Shown: positions 17,361 to 20,000 of the stretch, piece after piece
Numbering within the stretch: position 1 is the first letter of the stretch
Layout: the number at the start of each line of letters is the position of its first letter
Program-made: the position numbers and the translations under genes
Source of the DNA: an uncultured virus (IMG/VR IMGVR_UViG_3300042521_003679)
Taxonomy: Duplodnaviria > Heunggongvirae > Uroviricota > Caudoviricetes
Virus record (IMG/VR): IMGVR_UViG_3300042521_003679
Direction: 5' to 3' (one strand)
DNA length: 20,000 nucleotides
The notes under the pieces: model-generated
The model's database searches: none
The model's input: only the letters and a program-made list of their open reading frames with translations
What the model was told of the DNA's origin: nothing

Positions 17361-17863
17361 ATTGTCAACCAAGCCCAATTTTTGCCTTTTTGAATTTTCC
17401 AGATGCAATCTTTTGTTACATCGTAATCTTGGGCGATTTCCAAACACGATTCATTATTTGATAAACGCCGTTTAATTGCGATCACTTGCTTTTCTGACAA
17501 TTTACTAGCATAAGCCATGCTGCCCTTAAGAACGGGGGGTTTTTGGTGAGTCCCATGACGAATTGCGTCTGCGCTATTATCCTTGGCAGTTCCAGCATAC
17601 AAATGCGCGGGATTGCAGCATTTTCTATTTCCACAAGAATGACAAATTACTATACTTGAATCAACATAACCATTAAACAGCATGTACGATCTCCTGTGTG
17701 CCGAGCCCGCCTTGGGAAGCCCATAAATCGAATAAAACCAATTGCCGTAACCTGGACTTCCGCAGCTCATTCTCCATTCCCAACACTGCGAAGGCTCCTT
17801 GATGTCTACTCGCCTTACATAATATTCCCATGCACCTGCGGGAATGCCGTCTTGATTGTTCAT
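17357..17863 (-). CDS. Free-standing HNH endonuclease with C-terminal HTH-like domain (168 aa), probable homing endonuclease
   Basis: CWEW....GYG ... AHRRSY.LFNG ... ICHSCGNRKCCNPAHLYAGTAKDN is the phage HNH (HNH_3/His-Cys-type) signature. SKLSEKQVIAIK...IAQDYDVTKDCIWKI is an HTH-like tail. It is oriented opposite to all neighbours. Confidence 0.92.
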   Translation of the reverse strand: MNNQDGIPAGAWEYYVRRVDIKEPSQCWEWRMSCGSPGYGNWFYSIYGLPKAGSAHRRSYMLFNGYVDSSIVICHSCGNRKCCNPAHLYAGTAKDNSADAIRHGTHQKPPVLKGSMAYASKLSEKQVIAIKRRLSNNESCLEIAQDYDVTKDCIWKIQKGKNWAWLTI

Positions 17864-17902
17864 TTGATTAGAGTAAGGGTAGAGGAATAGCCAGTGTACA
17901 CG

Positions 17903-18067
17903 ATGCAGGAACGTTTCGTCTATTCAGGCAAGGAAGTGCCTCCTTATGGCGACACGGGGCAAGTACTAGTTAAGACTGCGAATGCTTTTTATTACACTGC
18001 ATGGTCTGATCTTGACAAAGTGATCAACGAAACTGGCTCTGAAATAGACGAAGGGGAATACATTTAG
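17903..18067 (+). CDS. Small fibre-associated protein (54 aa, below the ORF-track cutoff)
   Basis: ATG 17903 to TAG 18065-18067: MQERFVYSGKEVPPYGDTGQVLVKTANAFYYTAWSDLDKVINETGSEIDEGEYI. The G.TGQVL.K......Y.T.W and ID.G.Y motifs are recalled from phage fibre proteins. Confidence 0.7.
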   Translation: MQERFVYSGKEVPPYGDTGQVLVKTANAFYYTAWSDLDKVINETGSEIDEGEYI

Positions 18068-18131
18068 ACCGTTACAATGGAAAGATAATTGCCACTCTTT
18101 GAGCTTGGCTTCTCCTTTTTAGGACTTTCCC

Positions 18132-20000
18132 ATGGCTTCCATTCTTAAGCATCTTCGTTCATCCACTGCTGATAAGCGCCCTGTTGCTTCGGGCCTTGCA
18201 GACGGACAAATTGCCATCAACACTGCTTCTGGCACTCCTGCAATGTTCTTTAAGGACAGCAATGGAGGCGTGGTGAAAGTGGGACCAGCGCATGTTGGCG
18301 CGGCTGCTCCTAATGCGGTGCCCGCTGGCAGTGCTGGTAATTCACTGGGTGAGTTGTGGGTGGATAATAGCTTGACCACTCCTGGGTTAAATTATTACAC
18401 TGGCAGCGCCTTCGTTAACCTCACGCCTTCAGGCACGACTGCAGCAGTTGGCCTTGTTGAACTTGCCACTTCTGCCGAAACGCAAACTGGCACTGATGGC
18501 GTTAGGGCTGTCACTCCTTCTGGCCTGCAAAGCAAAGTAAGCGATAGCACGAGTACCACTAGTTCCACCACCATCGCCTCTTCTACTGCCGTTAAATCGG
18601 CTTACGACTTAGCAAATGCTGCACTGCCGAAAGCAGGCGGCACCGTTACTGGTGAACTGCTAATTGGTACGACTGGCAGCTTGGTTTTCGAGGGAAGCTC
18701 AGACGATAGTTTTGAAACGACTATTGCCGTGACAAATCCAACGGCAGACCATACCATCACTTTCCCGAACGTGACGGGCGCAGTCGTTACCACTGGCGAC
18801 TCTGGCACCGTCACCAGCACAATGATTGCTAACGACACCATTGTTAACGCTGATATTAACAGCGCTGCTGCGATTGTCGACACCAAACTTGCCACTATCA
18901 GCACTGCAGACAAAGTCAGCGTTTCTGCTTTGAACATTGATGGAGCCACCGACATTGGTGGTGCGCTAGAGAACGGCGACCTTTTTATCGTTGACGACGG
19001 CGCTGGCGGCACAAATAGAAAAGCGCCTGCCTTTCGCATGGCGCAGCTTACCTATAGCGGTGTCACTGGAGATATTACCATTGCGTCTGGCGGCACGTCT
19101 GCTATTGGCGCTGGTGTAATTGTTAACGCCGATGTCAACGCTTCGGCTGCCATCGCTGGCACCAAGATCAGCCCCGACTTCGGCAGTCAGAACGTCGTTA
19201 CCACTGGAACCTCCAGTGCTGCGGCTCTGATTCCTACCGGAAGCTCGGTGCCCACAAATGGGGTCTACCTGCCGTCTTCAAACAACGTAGCCATCTCAAC
19301 TAATGGCACGGGGCGGTTATTTATCAACAGCAGTGGGAACGTAGGTCTGGGGACTAGCAGTCCCGGCGAACTGTTAGATGTAGCCGGAAGTATTAGACAG
19401 ACTGGCAACACCGCCGGCACTGCAAACACAGTCGGCTTGATTGACTTTTACAACGCAAATAATACAACAACGATTGCAAGAATCAACGTTAGAACCGACG
19501 GCGCTGCGAATAGTGGAAGCTATCGCATATCCACGGCAAGCGCTGGGACGCTAAACGAAGTTATCAGAATTGACTCCTCAGGCCGCGTAGGGATTGGCTC
19601 TACTGCGCCCAGCACAAAACTAGAAATCCGCGAAGATTCTGCTGGAAGCGTTGTATCACTGCTCAAATTAAATAACAATGCCGCGATTGCAAGCGGCAAA
19701 GGAGTAAAGATTGAATTCGGCCTTTCCGATAACTCGGCTGCTACTGCTCGTGGATATATTGAAAATGTCCTAGACGGTTCCAATGGAACGTATATGGCTT
19801 TTGGCGTCAACGATGGCGCAACAGGAACTTTTGAAGCTATCAGAATTGACCGAAATCGACGCCTGTTAGTTGGCACGTCTACTCCAAGAAGGATTGGTGG
19901 TGGCTTCGGACGAGATACCGGCATTGCATATACAGAAGTTGCCGGCACAGGAAACGGAGTTGTTTATTCGGCAGTCCTTAATCGTGGAGACGATCAAGGA
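18132..20000 (+). CDS. Long tail fibre protein (3'-truncated, at least 623 aa; absent from the ORF track because it has no stop in the window)
   Basis: AGGA upstream, ATG 18132: MASILKHLRSSTADKRPVASGLADGQIAINTASGTPAMFFKDSNG... Contains GLVELATSAETQTGTDGVRAVTP, IASSTAVKSAYDLA and repeated GNVGLGTSSP/GRVGIGSTAP/RRLLVGTSTP fibre motifs. The frame is open to the window end. Confidence 0.88.
   Translation, partial: MASILKHLRSSTADKRPVASGLADGQIAINTASGTPAMFFKDSNGGVVKVGPAHVGAAAPNAVPAGSAGNSLGELWVDNSLTTPGLNYYTGSAFVNLTPSGTTAAVGLVELATSAETQTGTDGVRAVTPSGLQSKVSDSTSTTSSTTIASSTAVKSAYDLANAALPKAGGTVTGELLIGTTGSLVFEGSSDDSFETTIAVTNPTADHTITFPNVTGAVVTTGDSGTVTSTMIANDTIVNADINSAAAIVDTKLATISTADKVSVSALNIDGATDIGGALENGDLFIVDDGAGGTNRKAPAFRMAQLTYSGVTGDITIASGGTSAIGAGVIVNADVNASAAIAGTKISPDFGSQNVVTTGTSSAAALIPTGSSVPTNGVYLPSSNNVAISTNGTGRLFINSSGNVGLGTSSPGELLDVAGSIRQTGNTAGTANTVGLIDFYNANNTTTIARINVRTDGAANSGSYRISTASAGTLNEVIRIDSSGRVGIGSTAPSTKLEIREDSAGSVVSLLKLNNNAAIASGKGVKIEFGLSDNSAATARGYIENVLDGSNGTYMAFGVNDGATGTFEAIRIDRNRRLLVGTSTPRRIGGGFGRDTGIAYTEVAGTGNGVVYSAVLNRGDDQG

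Noticed and set aside
17357..17902. Group I intron or intein hosting the HNH gene and splitting one fibre gene
   Set aside because: The HNH is antisense, there is no room for a ribozyme core, and the upstream fibre ends with a natural-looking terminus (LDDGIYS*) while the downstream ORF has its own ATG.
312..19948. Many minus-strand and alternate-frame ORFs in the track (e.g. 1325..1885, 4482..4928, 5052..5450, 15098..15472, 18602..19039, 19520..19948)
   Set aside because: They are largely or wholly shadowed by well-supported + strand genes and have no motifs. They are expected antisense shadows of biased or repetitive coding sequence.

Overview
The window is the virion morphogenesis module of a tailed dsDNA phage (or prophage) with a long non-contractile tail: no sheath or wedge genes are visible. 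Nearly all genes are on the + strand. In order: 3' end of a major capsid gene (DUF2184-like C-terminus), head-tail joining genes, major tail tube protein, probable tail completion/neck genes, a tail assembly chaperone with a clear -1 frameshift site (A AAA AAA at 3584-3590), a 1493-aa tape measure protein, a lambda M/L/K/J-like tail tip cluster, two extra tail-tube-like paralogues, an 873-aa fibre protein rich in 10-residue repeats, a 54-aa mini-gene missed by the ORF track, and a second fibre gene running off the right edge. The only convincing minus-strand gene is a free-standing HNH endonuclease inserted among the fibre genes. TAnnnT (-10-like) hexamers recur 24-29 nt upstream of several starts. 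The fibre motifs and start contexts suggest a picocyanobacterial host, which is inference only. All product calls come from motif recall and gene order, not database searches. I found no wholly new system. The most notable features are the frameshifted chaperone, the extra tube paralogues, the His-less NlpC/P60-like protein, and the HNH/mini-gene bidirectional promoter arrangement.
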